Shown: one piece after another, positions 20,708 to 33,826 of the stretch
Position numbering within the stretch: position 1 is the stretch's first letter
How the letters are laid out: every line of letters begins with the position of its first letter
Source of the DNA: Callorhinchus milii
Taxonomy: Eukaryota
Length of the DNA: 64,000 nucleotides
Assembly (NCBI RefSeq): GCF_018977255.1
Contig: NW_024704752.1
Span: 13,020,001-13,084,000 of the forward strand
Reading direction: 5' to 3'
The notes under the pieces: model-generated
Databases searched by the model: none
Told to the model about the DNA's origin: nothing
What the model saw: the letters and a program-made list of their open reading frames with translations, nothing else
Program-made: the position numbers and the translations under genes

Positions 20708-22989
20708 CTGAAAGAACAAAAAGAAAGAACCAGGATTAGGTTTCCCAAGCATTTGATAAAGGCCCCCACAGGCACAGGTAAAATCTGGTTATCATGTGAC
20801 CCAATGTTGACAAAGCAGCAAAGTTTGTTTGTTTCCATACAACAGATCAGAATTTGAAATTTACATTAGATGTTACGCTAAACTTCACCAGCTCACAATA
20901 TACAGCTGAGTTGTTCCCTTAAAAAAAATGCTCATTCAGTTTTTTTTTAAGTGGGGGGATGATACATTGGACGGTATTCCTTTTTTGTGAGTATGCAAAG
21001 GAAATGAGGGACAGTGAGGAATGTGCTGTTATCCTCAATTGGCTGGAAGATATGTAATACAATTGCTGAAACAACCCAGTCTCAGTAACTTCTCCAAACC
21101 AGTCCCCTTGCCAACGCGAGCAGCAACTGTTGAAACAAAACGACTGAAATAACCATATAGGCTAACCATACCTTTAAAACACTGGAGTGGTTGGTGAAAT
21201 TCTCTCTTTAGGAATCTCCTGAACTCATTAGACTTAGAAGAGGCTTCAATTTAACTTCCCACCTAACTGGGTCACTTAACCAACTGAAACATTCCATTCA
21301 TCGGGACAGGCGACTTTGTTATACTAGTCAGCTAGTAACATTGCTTGACAGGATTCAACCCAAGCTGAAATTCTCACCTACAAATGGAAATCCCAGCGAT
21401 AGATTGTTGGAATGGAATGCGCACTCTCTTGCTGGAGGGACACATCCTGCTCCCCTAATTCCAGAAAGTATTGCCATTGATATTGATGTCCGGCATGCTT
21501 TCCCACTGCCTGTTCAGCTAGGACCCCCCTACCCATTAGGGATTTGGCTTGCAGTGTTAGTGGGAGCTGAGTAGGCTGCCCCCAGTGACTGGTCTGCCCT
21601 TCCAGGTCCTGCCGATGAGCCAGACTGGCTGTGCTGTCATCAGCAGTGCCTTGGAATATTGCGGATCTGCCTGGCTCAGGAATCGGACTACCGAGACCAC
21701 CACAGAGGGCTGGCTCGATTCCGCCATTCTATTGCCAGGCATGTCACCTTGGTGCCAGTTCAGCTCCAAAGAAACCTCACTTACCTCCTCCCAATCCCAC
21801 CCAGCCCCCACCGGAGCTAAGCAGGGTCTCCTTGGAAGCCTACCATACATTATGGTCATTCACGACAAAATTCTGCTTTATTTTGATAACTGGAGTCTCA
21901 AAACAGAGACTTAATGGCAAAACAACTTGCTGAGCAAGTTCAACCCTTCTTAACACATCTCACTGCATATTCAGTGTCAAATCCAACTCACATGCAAATT
22001 AAAATACTGCTGAGGAAACATTTCCAATAGCAGCATGGTTCATTAATCGGTGGTAGAGGACAAAGATAGCAGATGGAAGCCACTCAATAATGTGAGCCGG
22101 CAAGTCGGTGGATTTTCTTTTCAAATACAGTAATACATTTAGGTGAGAGAGATAAGTTAACAGATACAAGGCCAAAGTGCAGTACATTTAAAACCTATTG
22201 TAGCAGAAAGCACAATGGCATTCAACCTGCAGCAATGGTATCCAGGACAATGGTGCACAGAATGTCTCTGAAATGCAATTTCTCACTTAAAGTAAGAATC
22301 AATGGCACCGTGGAATACTCTAATAAATTATCCCTTGATCTCTCAATACAGTCAAACTAACTTAGGTCCCTTATTTCCAGAAGTAGAGATCACATTTCCA
22401 GAAGCCGACCCTTGCAGAAGTGACTGCTGGCAACTCACTATTCCAGCCACTGAAGTACATGGCTCAGCACTGGGAATTTTGCTATCAACCTTTGAATGAC
22501 TGGAATTGGCAGGTAGAATTTCAATCACAGGCGTTAGGCAAGTAAACAGCTGAGCCGTCAATTTCCCTCTATAATATCAGCATACAATCCGTGCAGGACA
22601 TAGAGGGATTAATTTTCAGTTCAAGCACTAAATTAAAGGGGAGTTAAACTCGTATAAATTATATATTGAATCGTGAATGTCTGGGAATCAACAAGACTCT
22701 AATTGAGAGCTTTAAGAGGCCACAAGAGTGAAAATTTCTGAACCAAGAGATTAAATTACACTTCATTCCTCACTCATTTTTCATCAATTTTTAAAAATGT
22801 ATTAAAAAAATTCTCAGGAATCAACTGCAAGTTATCTTGTTCAAAGTGGAGCAATTGCATTAGAAGCAATAATAAGCCTTCAGTGTGACATAGTGATATG
22901 GTGATGCGCGCAACAGAATAGACACTGTCTTACACTATAGCTTGAATAATTCTCCTCAAACTACTTTTAGTTCTTAAATGTGCCTGTGC

Positions 22990-23560
22990 TTGGAGCCATG
23001 CAATTTGATGGAGGTAGAACAGAATCATTAGCAAAAGAGATGATAGGGCTGGATGATACGTAGAGATCATTAATGTGGAGAAGGAAAGTGGGGAACAGGC
23101 TCAACAAGAGAATTAAAGTTGTTGAGGGAATGGATGTGCTTCAAATGAAGAATCATTCCTGGAGGCCTAAATAATTACAGAGGAAATGTTAATATTGTAT
23201 CTTAGATTAGAGGAGATAGTGAGACCATGAAAGCCAATAATATAGATGAAGAATTGCTGTGGATAGGGCCATCCAAGGGAAGAGATGGTAGCTGTTGTTT
23301 TGATATGTGAGAGTCAGGTCTTTGAAGAATTGAAAAAAATAAAAATTTTACTGTTGCATTGAAGGGCACAGAGGAGACCAAAGTTTAGTGATTCATCCAT
23401 TGCACTGCAAGAATAATGAAGGTTATGTGCGCTGAGGCCATGCGATTTGAAGAAAGGTGATGGAATATAATCATTAGCAAAAGATGTGTTAACAGTTGGA
23501 TTATGCAGAGAGATCATTGATGTGGAGAGAGACAAATCATGTTTCCAGTTAGTGCGGATC
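22990..23560 (-). mobile_element. Very degenerate LINE reverse-transcriptase remnant, present as two internal copies
   Basis: aatcattagcaaaaga...agagatcatt(a/g)atgtggaga at about 23023 and 23469. Minus strand gives LHINDL and FAND (INDL/YADD-like) in broken frames. Confidence 0.4.
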
Positions 23561-26500
23561 CACTGTAGATTCACACTCTAAGCAGAGTTATATTGAAGGA
23601 TGTTATAATGGAGCTCCTCTGTATTAAAACAGGAAAAGGATTTCATCATTCAGTCCATTGATCTTCTTACCCACTTCATTAGATGACAACCAATCTTTTA
23701 ATCCCATTTCCCCACATTTTAATACCTTTACTTTCAAGTATCATAGTTTTACACGGCCCTACTTAGTTCTACAAAGAATATTTCAAACTAGAATTTATTT
23801 TTGTGACCAACAATAAATAATTAAATCTAAAATTCTTAAAGACCAGTATACAGCTGAATAAAGCCACATTCTAAACTATTGACAGAATAAAGCATAACAA
23901 AAACTTCATGACTTATTGGACCTCAGGTGGCTAGAATGAAGTTAGTCAGGTTTGACGTTGGTACAGAGGGTCACAAGGTAATTAAAACACATTTTACTGC
24001 ATTTACCTTTGGACTCATTCCTAAATCTTAAAGGATCATTCATTGGCACCTCATATTCAGATCTCACCTAATTCTGCAATAAAATTTCTATTCCCTGTTG
24101 CAGTATAAAACCTGCTGCACTGCTCACCATAGTCTCATAGATGCAATAAGATTATTGAAACCACCAATTTTACTGTGACCCCTTATACGTCATGACATTC
24201 AGACTGAACACAACACAGATGTCCTCTTTCTCAACCAAAATAGATGAGGAGATCGATTTCTGTGCAAAGCCCTAATGTGAAAAACACTCTGTCATCTTCC
24301 TGCCAGAGGTTAAAAAGAGTGTACTTGGCATCACTTTGTTTCTCATCTTCATCAACCACCTAACAGAAGCATTCAAGAATCATGCACTGATTCTTGAGAC
24401 TACAACACTCCACGGCATGATTAATTCACCATCAGAACAAGCAATGAATGAATCCTTACAAAGTCAGAAATGTAGTGGACAGAAGAATAGTATTACCTTC
24501 ATTATTGAGTCAATAACTGTTAAGAAGATTGACCATGATAATGTACACCAATATCTCTTCAGAAAGGAACTCTCCTCAGTTTAAAAAGTAACTATTTCTA
24601 CTAACAAGGAATTACATTGGAGCTACAGTGAGTGAACATGGTTGCAAAAGTTTGTAGCATTAATGGACATACTCAAGAAAACTCAGAAGGACTTTCAACA
24701 ATCAAGTATTTCAGTCCTGGAAGTGGGATGCAACATCCACCTCTAGTTCCTAGACTCAGAATAATCCCGAATAATTCGAAATGTCTCAAAGCGCTTCACA
24801 GAATATACTGTAAAATGAATTGACTGTATATTTTGTGGGCGAAGGTAACAGACCAGAGTATCATATGTAGTAAGAATCACACACTTAGTACAAAACATAC
24901 AGAACTGAAATGAGGAATTCCTAATTTCTGATATAGTTTTGCCAAACAATGGCTAAAAAATGTCAGACTGCCATTTGGCAAGACTACGTATCAACATATG
25001 TCGTTCTGAAACAGACAATATCAGAGTTGTGATTGTACATTACTGATTCTTTAATTTAGGAATGTGATCAGAAATCAACTATAAAAGTCATTGATGTGAA
25101 TAACTTGTTCTTTCTTTTTCTGGATATGATATTCTTTGTGTTTTGTTTCTGGTTTGTGTTCCCCCTTCCATCTTCCTGTATTCTGATCAACAGGATTTTA
25201 TGTGTAATTGCAGCCAAATTCTGCTATTTGAATGGTAATGAAGCAGAACTGAATGTTTCACACAACAGTGGCAACGGTGGAGTGTGTTATAGGCTGAAGT
25301 GTAATCAAGGGTTCAATTTGGTATATTTCAGCATATCTTTCTCCACGTTCCTACTTTGGACACACACACACCACTGCTATTAGATTGCTGTGACATCACT
25401 GAGAATCACTACCATCCACCCATGCAATAAATGCAAGCAGCCATGTTTTTTTAGCCAAATAACCCAACTCGCTCTTCTTAAGATACCCGATCTACATGTT
25501 CCGGGGCAGGTAATAAATGACATAAAACCTTAACACAAGGAAACAGAACATTTAGCCCAACTAGGCCATACCAGTTGATACTCCACATGAGCCTCCAAAC
25601 CTCCAATTTACCTCTCCTATAGTTCTCAATTCCTTTTTCCCTTGTGTATGCTTCAGGGTTCCTCTTAAATATGTTTACTGCTTTTGACTTCAAGATCCTC
25701 ACCCTTACTTACAACTTTCTTCACACCCTCCCACCACTCCCTCTCTATCTGTCTTTAAACCTCACCTTAAAACCTAGCTCTCTGACTACACCTATAGTCA
25801 CCTCCCCTCTCTCCTTTCGCTTACTTGACATCTGACTCCGTCATTGTGAAGCACTCCAAGACATTATCGTATGTGAAGAATGCTAATTATATATATATAT
25901 AAACACACACACATAAGTTGTTGTTCCTTTAAATGGTTCATTTTCTCATACAGGAGTGCTGCTGCTAGGTGCAGCGACTTCTAACCACTAAAAAAAACAA
26001 AGGACAGATTTTTAAAAAAGCACAATGACTCTCTGTTGATATTAGAGGGTTTAAAATAGAAGTACTGGCTGAATTAATTTCATACTAACATTCTGAGGAA
26101 AACTAGCCATTATTACCTATTCACACTAACATCTGCCCAACCATTAGAGCCCGGGGCATATTCTCTGTAATCACATCATTAGGTCTATTTAGCATTATAA
26201 CACCAATATGCAATTTGGAAAAAAAACATACTTGAGCCAATATCCTTCTCATCCAACACCTTGAATTAATTCCCTCAAATTGCTGAAGCACTTCTAAACA
26301 GACCTAACACAACTAGTGCTTCAACCAAGTGTTACATACATCAACGTGTTCTGTCCAGTCACGGGTTTGGAAAGACAAAATCTATAATTTTACAAATGAG
26401 TGTTTTTCTCAGTTCAAGTTAACATAGTACGGAGATTTCACATGCCTCCAATATTCTTCACTGAAATCCTAGTGACAACACTGCTGTTTGTCTTCATCCG

Positions 26501-27529
26501 TGAAGACTAGCCAGAGATGCACTTACTTTTCATCCACAAACATTAAGATACAGTTGCAACAAGCAACTGCTGAGCTATTTCTTATCCCTTCAAGTAATAG
26601 ATCACATTAGAAATGAACAACTGATCAAAGTTGTAAGAACATATTACAGGAACTTCTGACGAATTAAGTGTTGTTCACTTTCAACAGATAGCAAGCAACA
26701 CGATGCAAATGTTCAACAACCAAAAGAATGAGCATATCTTTGCTCATAAGTGTATGGTACGTACTCAGCCTGTGGACTTTGCAATGACATTTTGATTTGC
26801 TGAAAATGGTATACAATTATTTCGCAAAACAGCTTCAGATAATTAAAGGCCTTATTCGTAAACATTCTTCGGGAAGTGTAATCGCCCAAAAAGAGTTCAA
26901 ACGATTCGCAGCTGAACTGCACTTGCAATGGTTAAAATTCTTGATCTGGAAGATGGGATCTACTATCAAATGACTGTTATGGGGGATATCTTTTTTTTAA
27001 AACAAAAACAAGCGCCCCAGGTGTGACAGAGGCATCTAGTTAACTGTGTTTATTACATTGGATTGGCAAATCAGACTGGAAATGTCAACAAATAACCAAA
27101 GGAGCAAGAGGTAGCCCACCTGAGGACCAATCGAGCAGTACTGATAAGATTATTCAAGGGTGAGGATGGCGATGATGTGGGTAAAGGGCAATGGGAGTGG
27201 TACAGGTACAGGAATACGAGTCCAGATGTCAGGCCACATCTGGAAGGTGTGTTTACAGGTCACGGTGTGAAGGGGCTGTGAAGGCTCGTCCCCGAATTTA
27301 CTCCATGAACAATAAGGATAACTCGGTGACAGGAGGGGCGAAGCCCCGAATAGGCGAACAAACCTGAGGGAGTCACATCAGGGATTAGTCGGTGCATCGT
27401 GTGTGTGTGTGGGAGTGGGGGGGGGAGTGAGTGGGCATTTTTATTTCTGTGGTGATGATGATGATGGAGGGGGGAGGAGGAGGAGGGGAATAGAAGAGAA
27501 AATAAGGGCCACTGAAGATAAAATGCCAA

Positions 27530-27895
27530 CAGCCCCCCCTCCCTCTCTCCCCACTCCCCCCCTCTCTCTCCCCCCCCCTCTCTCCTCTCTCTCCCCCTCC
27601 TCTCTCCCCACCTCCCGCCCCCTCTGTCCCCCTCTCTCTCTCCCTCTTTCTCCCCTCTCCCCCCCCCCCACTCCCCCTCCCTCCCCCCTCTCTCCCCTCT
27701 CTCCCCCCTCCCCCCCCCCCTCTCCTCTCTCCCCCCCTATCCCTCTCTCTCTCCCCTCTCCCCCCACCTCCCCCCCTCTCTCTCCCCACCTCCCTCTCTC
27801 CCCACCTCTCTCTCTCCTCTCCTCTCCCCCTCCCCCCTCTCTCCCCACCTCTCTCCCTCCCCCCCTCCCCTCCCCCCCCTCTCCCCCCCTCCCCT
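27530..27895. repeat. Polypyrimidine/polypurine low-complexity tract just inside the STK25 intron
   Basis: About 365 nt of near-pure C/T on plus, G-rich on the STK25 sense strand. Confidence 0.9.
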
Positions 27896-27898
27896 TAC

Positions 27899-27928
27899 CT
27901 GTAAGCTGAAGTCTCGAATGTGAGCCAT
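27899..27928 (-). CDS. STK25: Ser/Thr kinase 25 (YSK1/SOK1), first coding exon; 11 coding exons total 1278 nt, 425 aa
   Basis: ATG GCT CAC ATT CGA GAC TTC AGC TTA CAG|gtaagg = MAHIRDFSLQ (human MAHLRGFANQ). In-frame ATG also at 27934; candidate acceptor ctctcag at 27964-27970. Confidence 0.9.
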
Positions 27929-27939
27929 TTCCATAAGTC

Positions 27940-28560
27940 AGGCCGGCGGTAACCGAGAGGGCCCTGAGAGTGTCGGGGTGGGGGGGGGGGACACCGCACC
28001 GCACCGCCGCCGCGTCTAGGAGGAGGGCCAGGGCCGCATCGCCGCCGCCGCCGCCGCTCTCGGTCAGCCTCTCGCAGACAGACACACAGAAAATCCCCCG
28101 TGAACTCTCAAGTGTTTGGGCTCTCCTCCTCCTCCCCCCTCCCCCCCTCCTCCTCTCTCTCTCTCTCTCGCTCGACTCAACTCACTCACTGCGCAGGCGC
28201 CGCCGCCGCCGCGCGGGGCAGGCCGGGAGCTGTAGTTCCCGCGCCGCTTCCGCCCCCCCCCCCGCGCGCGAGAACTACAGGCTTTCCCGGCGTGCACGGC
28301 GCTCGCACCACCCGGCGGGGCGGTTGGGGGAGGAGGAGGGGGGGGTTTCGCGGCCTCGGTCGGGTCGCCTCTGCTGGAGTCTCCCCCCCCACTCCCCACT
28401 CCCCAACCCTCGCCCCCTCGCCCCACTCCCCCACCCCCTTCCCTCCCTCCTCCTCCCCCACTCCCCCACTCCTCCCCACCGCTGTGCCACTCCGCAACGG
28501 CCTCACTGCGCCGCGGCCCTGTCAATCCACCGAGAAGAAACAGCGCCGCCCCCTGGACAG
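27940..28560 (-). promoter_or_regulatory. STK25 CpG-island promoter and probable non-coding exon 1
   Basis: CpG-dense. Donor-like GTGAGT at 28180-28189 (minus), NRF1-like TGCGCAGGCGC 28190-28200, two ACTACA..TCCC motifs, ETS CTTCCG, GC box. Confidence 0.75.
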
Positions 28561-28792
28561 AGAGAGACGAAAAGAGGATCCAACACAGAGGGAGAGAGGG
28601 GGAGNNNNNNNNNNNNNNNNNNNNNNNNNNNNNNNNNNNNNNNNNNNNNNNNNNNNNNNNNNNNNNNNNNNNNNNNNNNNNNNNNNNNNNNNNNNNNNNN
28701 NNNNNNNNNNNNNNNNNNNNNNNNNNNNNNNNNNNNNNNNNNNNNNNNNNNNNNNNNNNNNNNNNNNNNNNNNNNNNNNNNNNNNNNNNNNN

Positions 28793-29460
28793 GAGAGTGT
28801 GAGAATCCAGCAGAGAGAGAGAGTGTGAGAATCCAGCAGAGAGAGAGAGTGTGAGAATCCAGCAGAGAGAGAGAGTGTGAGAATCCAGCAGAGAGAGAGA
28901 GAGAGTGTGAGAATCCAGCAGAGAGAGAGAGAGAGAGTGTGAGAATCCAGCAGAGAGAGAGAGAGAGTGTGAGAATCCAGCAGAGAGAGAGAGAGAGAGT
29001 GTGAGAATCCAGCAGAGAGAGAGAGAGAGAGTGTGAGAATCCAGCAGAGAGAGAGAGAGAGGAGAGTGTGAGAATCCAGCAGAGAGAGAGAGAGAGAGAG
29101 TGTGAGAATCCAGCAGAGAGAGAGAGAGAGTGTGAGAATCCAGCAGAGAGAGAGAGAGTGTGAGAATCCAGCGAGAGAGAGAGAGAGAGAGAGTGTGAGA
29201 ATCCAGCAGAGAGAGAGAGAGAGAGAGTGTGAGAATCCAGCAGAGAGAGAGAGAGTGTGAGAATCCAGCAGAGAGAGAATGTGAGAATCCAGCAGAGAGA
29301 GAGAGAGAGAGTGAGAATCCAGCAGAGAGAGAGAGTGTGAGAATCCAGCAGAGAGAGAGTGTGAGAATCCAGCAGAGAGAGAGAGAGAGTGTGAGAATCC
29401 AGCAGAGAGAGAGAGAGTGTGAGAATCCAACACACACAGAGAGAGAGAGTGAGAATCCAA
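28793..29460. repeat. Compound minisatellite GTGTGAGAATCCAGCA(GA)n, about 23 copies
   Basis: Invariant core with a variable GA tract, directly visible. Confidence 0.95.
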
Positions 29461-29784
29461 TAGAATCTGAGAGACATTATTCAAAAGAGAGTGTGTGTTT
29501 CGCCCACAAAATATACAGACAATTCACCTTACAGTATGTTCTGTGAAGCGCTTTGAGACGTCTCGAAGACGAGATAAGGCTCTATATCAAACGCAAGGAT
29601 TATTATTATTAACGGTTCAAATCCGCACTACCTGACACTTCTGACACTTTGTATGACATTATCAAACTTCTTTAATAGTAATTATTATTATCCTTGCGTT
29701 TGATATTGCGCCTCATCGCATCATTGAATGTTACATCCCTTGTTGTACACTACTTAGATGTTTCACTTGTCAGCCAGGCTTAGC

Positions 29785-30000
29785 TGTTAACACTCTCCGT
29801 CAAAACATTGGACTCAAGTAATGTAGGCTGACACTCTAGAGCAGTGCCCCGGTAGCACATTGTTGGAGGTGCTGACCTTCGAATGAGACATTAAAGCGAG
29901 GTACCGTCTGTTCAAGTTGACGTCTCTCCCGTGGCGCTATTCAGAAAGAGAGAGGAGTTTCTCCTGATGCCCTGGTCAACAATCCCTCAAATCAATTCGT
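29785..30000 (+). mobile_element. Ancient DeuSINE (SacSINE1/AmnSINE1-type) central Deu-domain fragment
   Basis: taggctgacactctagagcagtg...ggaggtgctgaccttcgaatgagacattaaagcgagg...gtggcgctattcagaaagagagaggagtttctcc follows the Deu-domain consensus as recalled. Confidence 0.65.
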
Positions 30001-32815
30001 CAAAGCTGACCCAATTCTCTTGGCCAAACCTTGATTCGGGGGTGAGTGAATAAACTTCGTGTTAGCTCCCAGGACACGGTGAGCTTCCAGGGTTGAATGG
30101 AACTGTCAACCTGAAACCTGCAGCTGGTTTCGAACGATGGAAGGAATGAGCTGTTTTAAATGGGGAAATTACCTGTTAAAAACATTGATTCTGTAAAAGC
30201 TTGTGTAGGTAGTATTATTGGTTTTGATATTTTTATATGTATGTAACATTTTATATGTTAAACTTAATATCTTTCAGTGACACGGAAAGCTCTGGTCTGT
30301 AGTAATATTCCATGAGAGTTTGGTAGAATGGCATGTAACCACAACACAGAATAATTAGTTTTGAGTAACCCCTTTTGGTACATTCAGCAAACTTGCAGAT
30401 TAAAGATTCCACTTGCAGGAGCGGTTGCTATCATGTTACAAGAGGTCACAGTAATTAAAAACCTGAACATTGATAGATATTAGGTATTAACATATCGTTT
30501 TGGTTGAATTATTGATGATGATCCTTGGTTCTCTATCAGCTAGAATTCAAAGAATACAATAACAAGATGGGAGCGATGTGATAACATGGTGATACATAGA
30601 TGAACTGGTAATAACATACAGATGTGCAAAACATGTTGCAACATGCAGATTATTGCATGCAGAGGATGGCATATCATGTAAAAGTTACAGCACATAAAGC
30701 TCCCCAAATGGCTCAGCAAATTCATCTAGTACATCTATCCTCTTTGGGGCTGGGGAGGTGGTAAGTAAGTGGGATCTCTTTGCAGCTGAGCTGTCTCCAA
30801 GGTGATGTGCCTGGCAATAAAACATTAGAATCAAGTCAACCCTTTGCAGAGGTTTTGGTAGTCCGGTTCATGAACCGGGTGAGTACAGAGTATTCCAAGG
30901 CCCTGCTGATGACAGACTACCCAGCCTGACTAATCTAATCTCTGTCCTAAACACTGTCCTGAAACCTTGTGTGGAGTACTGTACTATGCTATGCACACTT
31001 GTCCCTGAAATTTCAGGGAGTTGTGGACCTTGGCTGAAGCTGTCCAAGGGAGCTGGCAAGAAGATTTTCTCCTAAAGGGAGTTCAAGGAGATTGGGGTCC
31101 AAGCCACACTGGACTTCCCTTTTGCATATGTCAGGTAATATTTCAGAGGCATGAGAGGAGGTTGCTTGCCTGATATTTCAAATGGGCACTCGTGTGTGCG
31201 GAAATGCTGGGACTTTGCCCCAAAAATGAAGACAACGTCAAAAGAAAAAGAGAGAGAATTTTGAGAAGTTTGTACATATATTTTATGAAACCACTACGTG
31301 AGTTTTATCTCTGCATTTTGAACTGCAGCATAACTCTCCCCTGCTGTGATAATACGCAGGCCAGAAATTCCACCTAGTTAGTCCTTGCCTTTAAACTAAT
31401 TTTGTCTACAATTTAGGACAACGGTTTTCCATATATAATTGTTTAAAACATCCCCAATTTACTCTTAATTTGAAAGCCCGTGCTCTTCTAAGTAGAACTC
31501 TGTACTTACAAGCTATAATTTGCTACTGCTGTTGCTTGTGGCTTCAAGTGTTTTACTGCATAGGACTCTGAGCCCAAGAGAGTTTTCCGAGATAAGACTC
31601 AGAACTCTGTAGCATCTGCAGAAGACGGGACACACAAGATAAAACAAAAAATGTCACCAAGACATGTCAGGGTGTTTTTATAACTATCCTCCAACCTCCT
31701 CCCACTATAAACGCACCCAAAACATCGAAGTTATTTATTAAATCACCAGCTACCATTGTGCTGGGTTAGTCAGAAGCATCGTCAGGTTGCTCAACAACAG
31801 AATGTACAGCTAATGGCATTCAGGCTGCTCATTCCTTCACTGTAACTGGGATTCAAACTGGGTCACAGCGGTTTGAGACAAACACTGGTCTGACTGGTCT
31901 GGAGTGCTGTTTGTATGTGATACGATCTTGAAAACTCTCTCTTCACTGCTGAAGGCTTCCATGCTTCAAAAGGCACGTAATCTGAAGTGTTACAGAAACT
32001 CAAAAACTTCAATAAAGCGATTGTCATTTAATTTTATACATTTGCAGATCGGATGTACCTTGGGAATAGACATGTTGTGGAAATATGACTTTGATAACGT
32101 GATAGGGTGTCATATATTTGCACAGAACATAGCATGGTGAGCCTGGTTAAAGATATCTTAAATTCAGCACTGGAATCTATGCTTCTTCCATCAAATTGTG
32201 CAGGTTCAGTGTCTGCTTTATTTTCTCTTCAGATACTGTGTATTTTCGAATTGGGGATCATTGCCATTATTGATCATTATCATAATTTTAATAATTAGTT
32301 TTGAACACAGTTTACATCAGAGACAATCTGATTTACAGCTAATCTCAAAGACATTGGACAATACGCACACATAGACACACAAATACTGTATTTATGTACA
32401 TTGATACAAACATACAAACATGTGCATATATAGAAAATTGCCCAAACACATCCACACACTTGTGCACACATACACAGAGACACACACACATGTTCATACA
32501 GATAAGCACACACATGATAAAAAGTTGTAAATTATGGAAATCTGAAATAAAGATAGAATTGAAATTCCAATGAAAGGTTGTGCCTGAAACATTGATCCAT
32601 GTTCTCTTCGGATATCAATCATTGTACGTATTGCACATTTTCCAAATATTCTGGTTTCTATTACTGTCCAGAAAGCCTGTTGCCAGACTATTTAACATTG
32701 GAGGACATCACAACTGAGCCAATATTGTTCTCAGTTTCAAATCAAGGTCAGTAGATAGCAATTAGAGAAACTGTCAGGATTTGTAGCATTCCTACTGCCA
32801 CTCCTGTTGTGAGAT

Positions 32816-33085
32816 AACAACTTGGATTTATATAGCGCCTTCCACAGCGGACGGTGTCTCAGAGCGCTTCACAGTAACGGATCCCGGGGCCGAGCCAGGG
32901 GGAGAGGGAGGAAGGTAACCAAAGGCGCGGTCGAAAAGAAAGGTCTTCAGCCGAGACCTGAAAATAGGAAGAGAGGGCAGAGGCGAAGGGAGTGAGGAAG
33001 GGAGCTCCAGAACCTCGGGGCGTAGTGGCTGAAGGCACGGCCGCCAATGGTGGAGCGGAAGATTCGGGAGACGAGGAGGAGACCA
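32816..33085 (-). mobile_element. L2 LINE 3' end, inserted into an older SINE
   Basis: aacaacttggatttatatagcgccttcc...cgaaaagaaaggtcttcagccg (LKTFLFD on minus)...gctgaaggcacggccgccaatgg (IGGRAFS). Confidence 0.8.
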
Positions 33086-33709
33086 GCTAACTCAGCACAA
33101 ACTCAAGTTTGAACCGGGTACTTTCCTGGCTGGTGGGGCTGAGTATTATTTTACAGCTAATCTCAAAGACAATAGGCAATTTCGTCCATCAAGGCTGGTA
33201 GATTTGGCGAGAGATTCCATCTCTCACGTTCAGTCATTGAAATTGACGTGAGAGCCGCCTACTGGACATGGAGAAGATTTTAACCTTACAGACTTGATCG
33301 AAATCTACAACTTGCCTCTCTCTCTGTTTGCCAAAATACAAGTAACAAGGTTCAGAAATGGAGGTCACACACTTTCAAGCAGTTTCATATAAAACCAATC
33401 GTCATCATTTTGACCAGGCGAAAAAAAAAAACACATTAATGCACAAGCTCACGAAAGCCAATGTCTTGGCGGAAAAGTCACAACAAAACCAATTCCCGGC
33501 ACAACCCACAGTTTTCAGCAAGATAGTTTTGAAATCATGCAAAAGGCAATTCCTGGCATTAACTAATCTCGAAGCAGATGTCTGGCACCTTGCTCACTTA
33601 GAAACTGACATCTAGTCTCATACATCAAAGGCTCAAAGCCATGATTCATATAGAAACACCAGTTTACATCTGACACAGGCCATTCCCTTGCAAATCAAGG
33701 TGACTCGCT

Positions 33710-33826
33710 GTCACCCTGACCATTTCCCCCCCAATGCTCGGGTCCTGACCCGACTGTACAGCGCCTCGGGACGTCCCCCCGACGCGAAAGGCGCTCTCTA
33801 AATGGAATCTTGTCGTCGTCGTCGTC
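33710..33826 (+). mobile_element. L2 LINE 3' tail ending in (GTC)n
   Basis: tcaccctgaccattt...gctcgggtcctgacccgactgtacagcgcc...aaatggaatcttgtcgtcgtc, same tail as the 55690 copy. Confidence 0.75.

Noticed and set aside
21585-21933. Overlapping plus-strand ORFs of about 100 aa in the STK25 intron
   Set aside because: Non-ATG starts, no recognisable domain and no splice context on plus.
27260-28854. Gly/Arg/Pro-rich ORFs around the STK25 promoter
   Set aside because: Low-complexity and CpG-island sequence lacking stops; only 27899-27928 is supported as coding.
28793-29460. CRISPR-like repeat-spacer look (also 3808-4719)
   Set aside because: Spacers are only GA tracts rather than unique sequence; eukaryotic locus with no cas genes.
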